Below are positions 55,371 to 64,000 of a DNA stretch of 64,000 nt, piece by piece. The notes under the pieces were generated by a model. The model ran no database searches. It was not told the origin of the DNA and was given only the letters and a program-made list of their open reading frames with translations. The translations under genes were made by a program, and so were the position numbers. Source of the DNA: Steroidobacteraceae bacterium (GTDB taxonomy: Bacteria; Pseudomonadota; Gammaproteobacteria; Steroidobacterales; Steroidobacteraceae); contig DASXOQ010000084.1 of assembly GCA_036494165.1 (NCBI GenBank), positions 40,859 to 104,858 of the forward strand, read 5' to 3'. The stretch's first letter is position 1. Each line of letters begins with the position of its first letter.

Positions 55371-56663
55371 TCAAGCGGGAGCCGAACCTCGACCATCCTG
55401 GCCACGGTTCAGCCTCGGTTTGCTCATGGCTGCAAAAGTCCAGCCGACAGCCGCCAAAACCACCGCCAGCGGCACAATTTTGACGGCCTGCTGGAGCGAC
55501 GATGCGTCTGAAAGTGCGCCTATCAAAGGCGGCGATATCACATCGCCGAGGAGGTGAATCGAAAACACGCTGAGCGCGATGGCGCTGGCGCGTTCCAAGG
55601 GGGAGACCAGATTGACGATGGCGGCATTGATCGGTCCTGTCGAGAGGAACAGGCACAACTGGGCGCACACCATCGCGGAGTAGTAGACCTTGTAGCTGGG
55701 CGCGGTGAGCGCCAGCCAAACCAGGGGCGCGGCGATCAGCGTCGAAGCCGCGGACAGCCACAGATACGCCTGTCCGGATCGTTTGGCGAGATAGTCGCCA
55801 ACCCAGCCGCCGATGAAAGTGCCGACGAGGCCGGTGACCACCACAATGGTGCCGAAGCTCACCGTCGCATCGACCCTCGCAATGCCGCGCACTCGCTCGA
55901 GAAAGGCCGGCATCCAGAAGGCGAGGCCGCCCACGGCGAACGTATAGGCCGCATATCCGAGCACCGTAAGACCGTAGGCCCGGTCTTTCAGAAGTCTGGC
56001 GTAGGTGCGCGCAGTCTCGATCACCATGTTGCCGCGGGACTTGGCGGCCGGCGCCGGCTTGACGTCCTCGCTCGCTCCACGGGGAGGGTCCCTCATCAGC
56101 AGGCACAATCCGGCGAGCAGCAGCCCCGGCCACCCGGCTACGAAGAACGCCGCACGCCATCCAAAGTGCTTGTCGACGATTCCACCGACTATATAGCCAA
56201 GCGCGGAGCCCACGGGGATGGCGCAGAAAAACACTGCCATAACTCGGCCGCGCTGTCGCAGTGGAAAATAGTCACTCAACAGGCTCGGCGCAATGGTCAC
56301 GTAGGACGCCTCGCCGACGCCGACCACCGAGCGCCCGAGGAACAGGCCCAGGTAGTTTCTGGCAAAGCCCGAGAGCGCGGTTGCAAAGCTCCAGATGGAG
56401 ATGCCGAGCGCAATCAGGCGCGGTCGCGAACGCCGGTCGCCGAAGGCGCCGAAGAATGGAGCGGTGAGCGTGTAGACGATCAAGAATGCCGACATCAGGG
56501 TGCCTAGATTGGCGTCGGTGAGTCCGAGGTTGGCGTGTTTCAGGCTCTCGGCGACCGCAGCGACGATGTAGCGATCGAGGTAACTCAAGAGATTAATGAA
56601 GGCAAGAACGGCTAGGGCAACCTTCGCCGAGGAGATCACGTGGCTTCGATTGTCGTCGACCAT
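55371..56663 (-). CDS. MFS transporter (Spinster-like)
   Basis: GAGAGG RBS before the ATG at 56663. Twelve TM helices. LSYLDRYIVAAV...FGAFGDRRSRPRLI is the MFS signature loop. Confidence 0.85.
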   Translation of the reverse strand: MVDDNRSHVISSAKVALAVLAFINLLSYLDRYIVAAVAESLKHANLGLTDANLGTLMSAFLIVYTLTAPFFGAFGDRRSRPRLIALGISIWSFATALSGFARNYLGLFLGRSVVGVGEASYVTIAPSLLSDYFPLRQRGRVMAVFFCAIPVGSALGYIVGGIVDKHFGWRAAFFVAGWPGLLLAGLCLLMRDPPRGASEDVKPAPAAKSRGNMVIETARTYARLLKDRAYGLTVLGYAAYTFAVGGLAFWMPAFLERVRGIARVDATVSFGTIVVVTGLVGTFIGGWVGDYLAKRSGQAYLWLSAASTLIAAPLVWLALTAPSYKVYYSAMVCAQLCLFLSTGPINAAIVNLVSPLERASAIALSVFSIHLLGDVISPPLIGALSDASSLQQAVKIVPLAVVLAAVGWTFAAMSKPRLNRGQDGRGSAPA

Positions 56664-56862
56664 GGCCTCTCTTATCAGGTTGGCGGGGCTGGGGGAGTTC
56701 GGCCATATTGTGCACCGTCGCCGTGCGGGGCGCATGGTTTATGTCGAGCGATTCCGCTCCGGTTGTTACGAGCCGCTTGCGTCTCGCCGGCGATGAGCAC
56801 CGGAATACTCCGGCGCAGCCGCGGTACCATAACGGCTAACTCTTCGCCTGGTGGGAAAGAAT

Positions 56863-58008
56863 ATGAGCGCACAAGTGTCGGGATGGATGGATGACGATCT
56901 CGCGATTTTCCGCGAGTCGGTGTCTCGGTTCGTCGAGACCGAGATGGTTCCAAATGACGCGTCGTGGCGCAAGCAGCAGCATGTGGGTAAGGAAATTTGG
57001 CGCAAGGCCGGGGAGATGGGGTTTCTCTGCACCGACGTACCGGCAGAATATGGCGGGGCCGGCGGAGACTTTCGCCACGAGGCCATCGTTTACGAGGAGA
57101 TGGCGCGCCGTGGTATTTCAGGATTCGGGCAAGGCGTGCACAGCATTTGCGCGCACTATGTTCTAAATCACGGAACCGAGGAGCAGAAACGCCGCTTGCT
57201 GCCGCGCATGGCGGCCGGCGAACTGATCGGTGCCATCGGCATGTCCGAGCCGGCCGCAGGATCCGACCTGCAGGGTTTGAAGACCCGCGCGGAACGCGAT
57301 GGCGAGCACTATCTCATCAATGGCTCCAAGATCTTCATCTCCAACGGCTATCTGGCGGGGCTCATCGCGCTGGTGGTCAAGACCCAGCCCGGCGCCGGCG
57401 CCAAGGGGACTTCCATCATCATGGTCGAGACCGAGAACCTAACAGGCTTCAAGGTCGGCCGGATACTCGACAAGATGGGCATGAAATCACAGGATACTTC
57501 GGAGCTGTTCTTCGAGAATGTCCGGGTGCCGACGGCCGATTTGCTGGGCGATGCCGAAGGACAAGGCTTCTATCAGCTGATGCGGGATTTGCCATATGAG
57601 CGGGCGGTGATTGCAGTGGCGGGAGTCGCCGCGATGGAGGGCGCTCTCGAAGAGACCCTGCGTTACGTGAAGGAGCGCAAGGCTTTCGGCAAGACCATCG
57701 TCGAATTCCAAAATACCAAGTTCAAACTCGCGGAACTTGCCACCAAGACTCGCGTGGCGCGCGTGTTCGTAGACGACTGCATTGCGAAGGTGGTCGCCGG
57801 GACTTTGGACACGGTCACGGCCTCAATGGCGAAGTATTGGGTCACGGAAAATCAGATGCAGGTGATCGATGAGTGCCTGCAGTTGCATGGCGGTTACGGA
57901 TACATGAACGAATATCTCGTTTGCCGCATGTTTGCCGACGCGCGAGTGCAGAGCATCTATGGCGGTACCAACGAGATCATGAAGGAACTGATCTCTCGGG
58001 CGCTCTAG
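56863..58008 (+). CDS. Acyl-CoA dehydrogenase
   Basis: GMSEPAAGSDL, the central beta-domain, and C-terminal LHGGYGYMNEY...IYGGTNEIMKELISRAL. Confidence 0.9.
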   Translation: MSAQVSGWMDDDLAIFRESVSRFVETEMVPNDASWRKQQHVGKEIWRKAGEMGFLCTDVPAEYGGAGGDFRHEAIVYEEMARRGISGFGQGVHSICAHYVLNHGTEEQKRRLLPRMAAGELIGAIGMSEPAAGSDLQGLKTRAERDGEHYLINGSKIFISNGYLAGLIALVVKTQPGAGAKGTSIIMVETENLTGFKVGRILDKMGMKSQDTSELFFENVRVPTADLLGDAEGQGFYQLMRDLPYERAVIAVAGVAAMEGALEETLRYVKERKAFGKTIVEFQNTKFKLAELATKTRVARVFVDDCIAKVVAGTLDTVTASMAKYWVTENQMQVIDECLQLHGGYGYMNEYLVCRMFADARVQSIYGGTNEIMKELISRAL

Positions 58009-58143
58009 GGACCGCCACCACGCAGCGGAAATTCTCCTCAGCTCCGCAACGCATTGATGAACCATGCCGACCCTTGCAGGGTGATCGCAGCGCAAATCAG
58101 GGGGTTCGCCTCTCGGCTCCGTTTACGCCGCCTGAACGGCGGC

Positions 58144-58173
58144 TCGACCTACTCGCGCGCCGGGATCTATACT
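58144..58173 (+). promoter_or_regulatory. Candidate sigma70 promoter upstream of gnd
   Basis: TCGACC (58144-49), an 18-nt spacer, then TATACT (58168-73), about 40 nt upstream of the ATG at 58213. Confidence 0.3.
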
Positions 58174-58212
58174 GAGTGCCCCCGCGTTCGCGCTTCAGCA
58201 CGGTTGATTACT

Positions 58213-59118
58213 ATGGAAATTGCAATGATTGGGTTGGGTCGTATGGGCGCCAACATGGCGCAACGTATTGCCCGTGGTGGTAACCGCGTGGTCGGCTACG
58301 ATCCGGCGGAACCGGCCCGCAAAGCCCTAGAAGAGAAGGGCTGCGAATCTGCCGCCTCGCTGGAGGCGCTGGTCGGCAAATTGAAGTCCCCGCGCGCGGT
58401 GTGGCTGATGGTTCCTGCGGGCGCCATTACCGACAGCACCATTCAAAACCTCATGCCCTTGCTCGCGCCTGGCGACACCATCATTGATGGGGGCAATTCC
58501 AACTACAAGGATAGCCAGCGCCGCGCCGATACCCTGAAGCAGCGGGGCATCAACTTCGTCGACTCCGGTACCAGCGGCGGCGTTTGGGGCCTGACAGAAG
58601 GGTACAGTCTGATGATCGGGGGCGACGAAGCCGTGTGCGAGTCGCTGCGACCGATCTTCGAAGCCCTCGCGCCGGCCAAGGACAAGGGCTGGGGCCGGGT
58701 TGGACCGGTGGGCTCGGGCCACTACACCAAAATGGTCCACAACGGCATTGAATACGGCCTGATGCAGGCCTACGCGGAAGGTTTTTCCATTCTCCAGCAC
58801 AAACAGGACTTCAAGCTCGACCTGTTCCAGATAGCGCAGATCTGGCGCTATGGCAGCGTGGTGCGTTCCTGGTTGCTGGATCTGAGCGCCAACGCGCTGG
58901 AGAAGAATCCAACCCTCAAAGGCATCGCGCCGTTCGTTGCCGATTCGGGTGAGGGACGCTGGACCGTGGCCGATGCGATCGAGCTCGGCGTATCGGCGCC
59001 GATTATCACGCTGTCGCTGCTCGAGCGGCTGCGCTCGCGCGACAATGATTCGTTCACCGACAAGCTGCTCGCTGCCATGCGAAATCAGTTCGGCGGACAC
59101 GAGATAAAGAAGGAATAA
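58213..59118 (+). CDS. gnd: 6-phosphogluconate dehydrogenase, decarboxylating (short ~300-aa form)
   Basis: MIGLGRMGANMA, IDGGNSNY and GSGHYTKMVHNGIEYGLMQAYAEGF. Confidence 0.88.
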   Translation: MEIAMIGLGRMGANMAQRIARGGNRVVGYDPAEPARKALEEKGCESAASLEALVGKLKSPRAVWLMVPAGAITDSTIQNLMPLLAPGDTIIDGGNSNYKDSQRRADTLKQRGINFVDSGTSGGVWGLTEGYSLMIGGDEAVCESLRPIFEALAPAKDKGWGRVGPVGSGHYTKMVHNGIEYGLMQAYAEGFSILQHKQDFKLDLFQIAQIWRYGSVVRSWLLDLSANALEKNPTLKGIAPFVADSGEGRWTVADAIELGVSAPIITLSLLERLRSRDNDSFTDKLLAAMRNQFGGHEIKKE

Positions 59119-59128
59119 CCGCGCTCCC

Positions 59129-60064
59129 ATGAGAATCCTCACGGTAGGCGCCGGCGCGATCGGCGGATACTTCGGCGCGCGCCTGATGGCCGCGGGCCGC
59201 GACGTCACTTTTTTGGTGCGGCCGGCCCGGGCCGCCCTTTTGGCGCGTGACGGCCTCAACGTACGCAGCCCGCTCGGCGACTTGAATCTGCCGGCCCCCC
59301 CGACCGTGATCGCCGCGGAGCTCAAACAACCCTTCGATCTGATTCTCCTCAGCTGCAAATCATACGATCTGGACTCATGCATGGCCGATGTTGCGCCTGC
59401 GATGGGTCCACGCAGTCATATTGTCCCGCTGCTCAACGGTCTGCGTCACATGGACAAGCTCGACGAGCGGTTTGGCAGCGAGCGGGTGCTGGGCGGCTTG
59501 GCGAGGATCTCCTCGACGCTCGACGCCCAAGGAGTAATTCACCACTTCGGGCAGTATCAAACACTGGTGCTGGGGTCGCGCACGCCGCAGGACGCCTTGC
59601 TCGAGGAGCTGTCCCGAGTGTTGAGTGTTCCCGGTTTTGAGACCGGCATAAGCCGCAAAATCCTGCAGGATTTGTGGGAAAAATGGGTTTTCATCGCATC
59701 CGCCGCGTCCCTGACCTGCCTGATGCGCGCCAGCGTCGGCGACATCGTCGCCTCCGGTGGCAGCGAGATTGCCCGCGGTCTCATCGCGGAGTGCTCGGCG
59801 ATCGCCGCGGAAAACGGCTTTGCGCCGAGCAGCGCGACCGTGGACATCGCCGTATCGATACTCACTGGCCCCGGCTCCGAGTTCACCGCCTCGATGTTCC
59901 GCGACATAGAAAACAAGTCCCGGGTCGAGGCAGACCACATCGTCGGCGATTTACTGAGCCGCAGCCGGGAACCCAGGGCGCTGCTCAAGCTCGCCTATGC
60001 CCACCTCAAGGCTTATGAGGTGCGTCGCGTGCGCGAAGCTGCGCTATCCCGCTCAGGCCACTAG
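59129..60064 (+). CDS. panE: Ketopantoate reductase family (2-dehydropantoate 2-reductase-like)
   Basis: MRILTVGAGAIGGYFGARL Rossmann N-terminus and an ApbA/PanE-like C-terminal domain (...SMFRDIE...E.DHIVGDLL). Confidence 0.7.
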   Translation: MRILTVGAGAIGGYFGARLMAAGRDVTFLVRPARAALLARDGLNVRSPLGDLNLPAPPTVIAAELKQPFDLILLSCKSYDLDSCMADVAPAMGPRSHIVPLLNGLRHMDKLDERFGSERVLGGLARISSTLDAQGVIHHFGQYQTLVLGSRTPQDALLEELSRVLSVPGFETGISRKILQDLWEKWVFIASAASLTCLMRASVGDIVASGGSEIARGLIAECSAIAAENGFAPSSATVDIAVSILTGPGSEFTASMFRDIENKSRVEADHIVGDLLSRSREPRALLKLAYAHLKAYEVRRVREAALSRSGH

Positions 60065-61497
60065 GCTGCCGGCAACTCCGCCTTGTGCTGGCTCACCGCC
60101 GCGCCGTCGCCGCTCTTCAATACACTGAAGACCACGGTCGAGGCGATCGTGAGCGCTGCGAGAGCGAGGAGCGCCGAGTGAACGCCGTGGATCATCTGCG
60201 CTGGCGAGGCCAGGGTGTGTTCGGGGATGAAAACGGCGGCGGTCAGCGAGGCGGTGGCCACGCCGAAGCTCACCGCCAGCTGCTGCACCGTGCTGGCAAT
60301 GGTGCTGGCATCTGCGGTGTCGCGTTCGCCCACATCGGCGTACACGAGGGTGTTCATGCTCGTGTATTGCAGGGATGTGAGGAATCCATAGGCGAAGGCC
60401 TGTAGCACGATCAACCAGGCGGGCGTTCCGACATCGATGGTCGCAAACAGCACGATCATTGCCCCGAGCGAGAGCGTGTTGACGATCAGAACGGTCCGGT
60501 AGCCAAATTTCTGCAGGATCTTCGGCATCGTGAGTTTCAGGCTCATCGCGGCAAACGCCTGCGGCATGATGAGCAGACCCGATTGGATCGGTGTGAATCC
60601 GAGGCCGACCTGATACAGCAGGGGCAACAGGAAAGGTATGCCGCCGATGCCCAGTCGGGTAAACAGATTGCCGGTGATCGCGACCCGGAAGCTGCGGAAT
60701 TTGAGCAGACCGAGGCGCAAGAGCGGATGCGCGACGCGGCGCGAATGCGCCCGATACGCCGCGAGCAGTGCCGCCGATAAAGCCAGGAGACCGAGCATCT
60801 CCCGGCCGCTCAGGGAGGTCTCGCCGAACACCTCCAGTACGTACGACAACAGCGAAATGCCGGCGCCGAACAGGGTCAGACCGACGAGGTCGAGTGGAAA
60901 CGTGCGCGTCTCACGGTAATTCGGCAAATGTCGGTACACCATGTAAAGACCGAGCAGTCCGATGGGTATATTGACGAAAAAGATCACGCTCCAATGAAAA
61001 TAGCGGATGATCGCGCCGCCGAGCACCGGGCCCAGCATGGGAGCGATGAGGCCTGGAATGGACACGAAGCTCATGGCGCGGATAAGTTCGGACTTGGGGA
61101 AGCTGCGCACCATGGTGATGCGACCCACGGGGAGCATCATGGCGCCCCCCGCGCCCTGCAAAACTCGGCAGGCCACCAGGAAATGAATGTCGGTTGAGAG
61201 GCCGCAGAGAAAGGAACTTGCCGTAAAGATGCCGATGGCGGCCGCGTATACATCGCGGGTACCGAAGCGGTTGGCCATCCAGCCGCTGATCGGAATGAAC
61301 ACCGCCAGGCTCAGCGTATAGCTCGCAAGCACGGCCTTCATGCTCAGCGGCGCAACCTTCAGAGCGTGGGCAACGGCCGGCACGGCGGTGTTCAGAATGG
61401 TGATGTCCAGGGACTCCATGAACAGTCCCACGGCCACCAGCCAGGGCAACAATCGTCTGGCAGCGGCGCTAAGTTCGCTGTCGGGGCCGTTAGGCAA
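60061..61497 (-). CDS. MFS transporter, DHA2 (EmrB/QacA-like, 14 TM)
   Basis: TTG start. FMESLDITILNTAVP...SGWMANRFGTRDVY with about 14 TM helices. Lies 9 nt downstream of pgm. Confidence 0.85.
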   Translation of the reverse strand: MPNGPDSELSAAARRLLPWLVAVGLFMESLDITILNTAVPAVAHALKVAPLSMKAVLASYTLSLAVFIPISGWMANRFGTRDVYAAAIGIFTASSFLCGLSTDIHFLVACRVLQGAGGAMMLPVGRITMVRSFPKSELIRAMSFVSIPGLIAPMLGPVLGGAIIRYFHWSVIFFVNIPIGLLGLYMVYRHLPNYRETRTFPLDLVGLTLFGAGISLLSYVLEVFGETSLSGREMLGLLALSAALLAAYRAHSRRVAHPLLRLGLLKFRSFRVAITGNLFTRLGIGGIPFLLPLLYQVGLGFTPIQSGLLIMPQAFAAMSLKLTMPKILQKFGYRTVLIVNTLSLGAMIVLFATIDVGTPAWLIVLQAFAYGFLTSLQYTSMNTLVYADVGERDTADASTIASTVQQLAVSFGVATASLTAAVFIPEHTLASPAQMIHGVHSALLALAALTIASTVVFSVLKSGDGAAVSQHKAELPAA

Positions 61498-61506
61498 CGT
61501 GCGGCG

Positions 61507-63159
61507 TCACGCTGTTGCCAGTGCTGCGTCGACCATGGCCTGAGCCTCGGCGATCAGCCGCTTGAGATGCGCCACGTCGTGAAAGCTCTCGGCATAGATC
61601 TTGTAGATGTTCTCGGTGCCCGAGGGACGAGCTGCGAACCAGCCGCCTGCGGATACCACCTTGATGCCGCCGATGGGAGCGCCGTTGCCTGGTGCCTGGG
61701 TGAGGATGCTCTCTATGCGTTCTCCCGCCAGCTCGCCGCTTCTCACTTGTTTTGCATCGAGCTTGCTCAGGCGGGTTTTCTGCTCGGGCGTCGCGGGCGC
61801 ATCCACGCGATCTGCGAAGGTGGCCCCGAGTTCCTGGCAGATCTTCTGATAACCGCGTCCGGGATCCATGCCGGTGCGAGCTGTGATCTCCGCGGAGAGC
61901 AGGGCGGCCGTTATGCCATCCTTGTCGGTGGACCAGGGGCCCCCGTCATGACGAATGAAGGATGCACCCGCACTTTCCTCGCCGCCAAATCCGAGGCTGC
62001 CGTCCAATAGGCCGTTTACGTACCACTTGAACCCCACCGCGACCTCGTAGAGCCGGCGCCCCAATCTCTTGGTCACCCTGTCGATCATGGCGCTGCTGAC
62101 CACGGTCTTTCCGACCGCCGCATCCGGCCGCCACCGCGGCCTAAACCGGTACAGGTAGTCCACCGCCGTCGCCAGGTAGTGGTTGGGGGGCATCAATCCG
62201 GTGGATGCGCAGACGATGCCATGCCGGTCATGATCGGTGTCGCAGCCAAAGGCGATATCGAAGCGGTCTTTGAGTCCTATCAGGCGTTGCATCGCATAGC
62301 TGGACGAGGGGTCCATGCGAATCTTGCCGTCCCAATCGAGGGTCATGAAGCGAAATGTGGGATCGACCACGTCGTTGGTGACGGTCAGATCCAGCCGGTA
62401 CTGCTCCGCTATGCGCGGCCAGTAATGCACGCCGGCGCCGCCCAACGGATCTACGCCCATTCTGATCTTCGCGTCGCGGATCGCATCCATGTCAATGATG
62501 GCACCGAGTTCCTGGACGTACGCACTCAGGTAGTCGTGTTGATGCGTGCTGCTCAAACGCAGCGCCGCCGCCACTGTCATGCGCTTGATGCCTGCGAGCT
62601 TGTCGCGCAACAGCTGATTGGCGCGTTTCTCGATCCAGCCTGTGACCTGAGTGTCTGCGGGACCGCCGTTGCTCGGGTTGTACTTGAAGCCGCCGCTGTC
62701 CGGCGGGTTGTGCGAGGGGGTAATGACTATGCCGTCGGCAAGTCCATCGCGGCGGCCGCGATTGAACGACAGAATCGCGTGGGAAACCGCTGGGGTCGGG
62801 GTGTATTCGCCTCCGGACGAGACCATCACCTCGATGCCGTTCGCGGCGAGCACTTCGAGTGCGCTCGCGAACGCCGGGGCCGACAATGCGTGCGTGTCAG
62901 AGCCGATGAACAACGGCCCGCCGATGCGTTGCTGTTGCCGGTACTCGCAAATTGCCTGGGTGATCGCAAGCACATGGCCTTCGTTGAAGGCGGCATCGAA
63001 CGAGGTGCCGCGATGCCCGGAAGTGCCGAAGGCGACACGCTGGCTCGCAACCTCGGGATCCGGTCGCTCGGTATAGTAGGCCGTCACCAGTCGCGGCACG
63101 TCCACCAACGATGCCGCCGGCGCCGGTTTTCCGGCGAGCGGATGCAACCGCTCGCTCAA
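61507..63159 (-). CDS. pgm: Phosphoglucomutase (alpha-D-glucose-1,6-bisphosphate dependent)
   Basis: Collinear with E. coli Pgm: FGTSGHRG, ITPSHNPP, GVDPLGG, GFGGEESAG, ARPSGTE. There is no in-frame ATG near the homologous N-terminus. TTG at 63159 (overlapping the tal stop as TTGA) or TTG at 63147 is the likely start; the track start at 63471 lies inside tal. Confidence 0.92.
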   Translation of the reverse strand: MSERLHPLAGKPAPAASLVDVPRLVTAYYTERPDPEVASQRVAFGTSGHRGTSFDAAFNEGHVLAITQAICEYRQQQRIGGPLFIGSDTHALSAPAFASALEVLAANGIEVMVSSGGEYTPTPAVSHAILSFNRGRRDGLADGIVITPSHNPPDSGGFKYNPSNGGPADTQVTGWIEKRANQLLRDKLAGIKRMTVAAALRLSSTHQHDYLSAYVQELGAIIDMDAIRDAKIRMGVDPLGGAGVHYWPRIAEQYRLDLTVTNDVVDPTFRFMTLDWDGKIRMDPSSSYAMQRLIGLKDRFDIAFGCDTDHDRHGIVCASTGLMPPNHYLATAVDYLYRFRPRWRPDAAVGKTVVSSAMIDRVTKRLGRRLYEVAVGFKWYVNGLLDGSLGFGGEESAGASFIRHDGGPWSTDKDGITAALLSAEITARTGMDPGRGYQKICQELGATFADRVDAPATPEQKTRLSKLDAKQVRSGELAGERIESILTQAPGNGAPIGGIKVVSAGGWFAARPSGTENIYKIYAESFHDVAHLKRLIAEAQAMVDAALATA

Positions 63160-64000
63160 GCGCTTGCCAGCGCCGCGCTCTTGTCCTCGATGCGCTTCAT
63201 CAATTCCTTCCAAGACTTCACGAACGAGGTGGCGCCTTCCTCCTGCAGTTGCTTGGCGAGGGCGATTACGTCGATCCCGGCGGCCGCAAATTTCTGCAGC
63301 ACACTTTCGGCATCGCCGCCGTCCTTGGCCATCGCGCCGGCCACTTTGCCCTTTTCGGCGAATGCGAGCAGCGTCTTGTCGGGCATGGTGTCCACGGTCT
63401 CCGGTGCGGCAAGGGCTTCGACGTAGAGCGCGGGCGGGGCATTTGGATCCTTGACCCCGGTGCTCGCCCACAGCATGCGTTGCTTACGGGCGCCCTTGGA
63501 TTCAAGATCCTGCCAGCGCTTGCCGGCGATGAGTTCGCAGTGTGCGCGATAGGTCCGTTGGGCGATTGCTATGCCGAGCTTGTTGACCAACTCTTTGGGC
63601 GCCTTGTCGGCGACGCTGCGGTCCCAACGGCTGATGAAAACCGAGGCAACCGAATTGATCTTGGGGTCGAGACCTGCGGCGATACGGCGCTCGATGCCCC
63701 GCATGTAGGCTTCCGCGACGGCAATATACTGTTCACGCGAGAAAAGCAGCGTCACATTGACCGGGACTCCCGCGAAAATCGCCTCCTCGATCGCCGGCAC
63801 GCCCTCAGGCGTGCCTGGAATCTTCACATACAGATTCGGGCGATTCGCCTGCTTGTGAATCAGGAGCGCCGCTTCGATGGTGCCCTTGGTGTCGCTCGCG
63901 AGCAGCGGCGAAACCTCCATGGAAACCCAGCCGTCGATTCCCTTGGTGCGATCAAACTCGGGCCGAAACAGATCTGCCGCACGTCGCAGATCCTCCAGCG
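63156..64000 (-). CDS. tal: Transaldolase (long/type-2 form), 5' end beyond the window
   Basis: NLYVKIPGTPEG (Schiff-base Lys) and VNVTLLFS. The frame remains open upstream of the track start 63920 to the window edge (...LEDLRRAADLFRPEFDRTKGIDGWVSMEV). Confidence 0.9.
   Translation of the reverse strand, partial: LEDLRRAADLFRPEFDRTKGIDGWVSMEVSPLLASDTKGTIEAALLIHKQANRPNLYVKIPGTPEGVPAIEEAIFAGVPVNVTLLFSREQYIAVAEAYMRGIERRIAAGLDPKINSVASVFISRWDRSVADKAPKELVNKLGIAIAQRTYRAHCELIAGKRWQDLESKGARKQRMLWASTGVKDPNAPPALYVEALAAPETVDTMPDKTLLAFAEKGKVAGAMAKDGGDAESVLQKFAAAGIDVIALAKQLQEEGATSFVKSWKELMKRIEDKSAALASA

Noticed and set aside
62179-63426. 415-aa plus-strand ORF
   Set aside because: Antisense shadow of pgm/tal.

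Overview
GC-rich chromosomal segment of a Gram-negative bacterium, probably a beta- or gamma-proteobacterium. I call about 57 protein genes. I found no rRNA, tRNA, transposase, integrase or CRISPR array. Layout, left to right: (1) 1-3570, a CHASE2 sensor translationally coupled to a secreted caspase(C14)-DUF4384 protein. (2) 3572-8643 on the minus strand, an ECF sigma / Ser-Thr kinase pair followed by two exported proteins (SYLF, DUF62 SAM-hydrolase fold). (3) 9270-10947, glycerophosphodiesterase, HiPIP and VanZ-like genes. (4) 10941-22712, a divergent nine-gene locus in which every product is exported: DUF3570/DUF4266/TlpA, two OM barrels, a beta-propeller di-CxxCH lipoprotein, two more CxxCH proteins (one with LamG) and a Tat-exported DUF1501-like protein. 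(5) 22713-33199, the most interesting part. A candidate sigma70 promoter is followed by a very clear class-I c-di-GMP (GEMM-I) riboswitch aptamer at about 22884-22965 and a hairpin expression platform. Then comes a tightly coupled 11-gene operon: a cysteine-less thioredoxin-fold protein, secreted coiled-coil and TPR proteins, one ExbB/TolQ-like gene, two ExbD/TolR-like genes and a TonB-like protein with an AgmX/PglI-type C-terminal domain. This is a Myxococcus Agl/Glt 'core'-like envelope motor of unknown function, apparently under second-messenger control. (6) 33196-64000, mostly housekeeping: CPA2 K+ efflux, ppc, sdaA, envelope lipoproteins, a TonB-dependent receptor, an ABC exporter, gstA, NlpC/P60, ppgK-glgP-glgX-malQ, MFS transporters, an acyl-CoA dehydrogenase, gnd, panE-like, pgm and tal (truncated at the window end). 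Many long antisense ORFs in the track are GC-driven artefacts. All family assignments come from motif recognition by eye; no searches were run.
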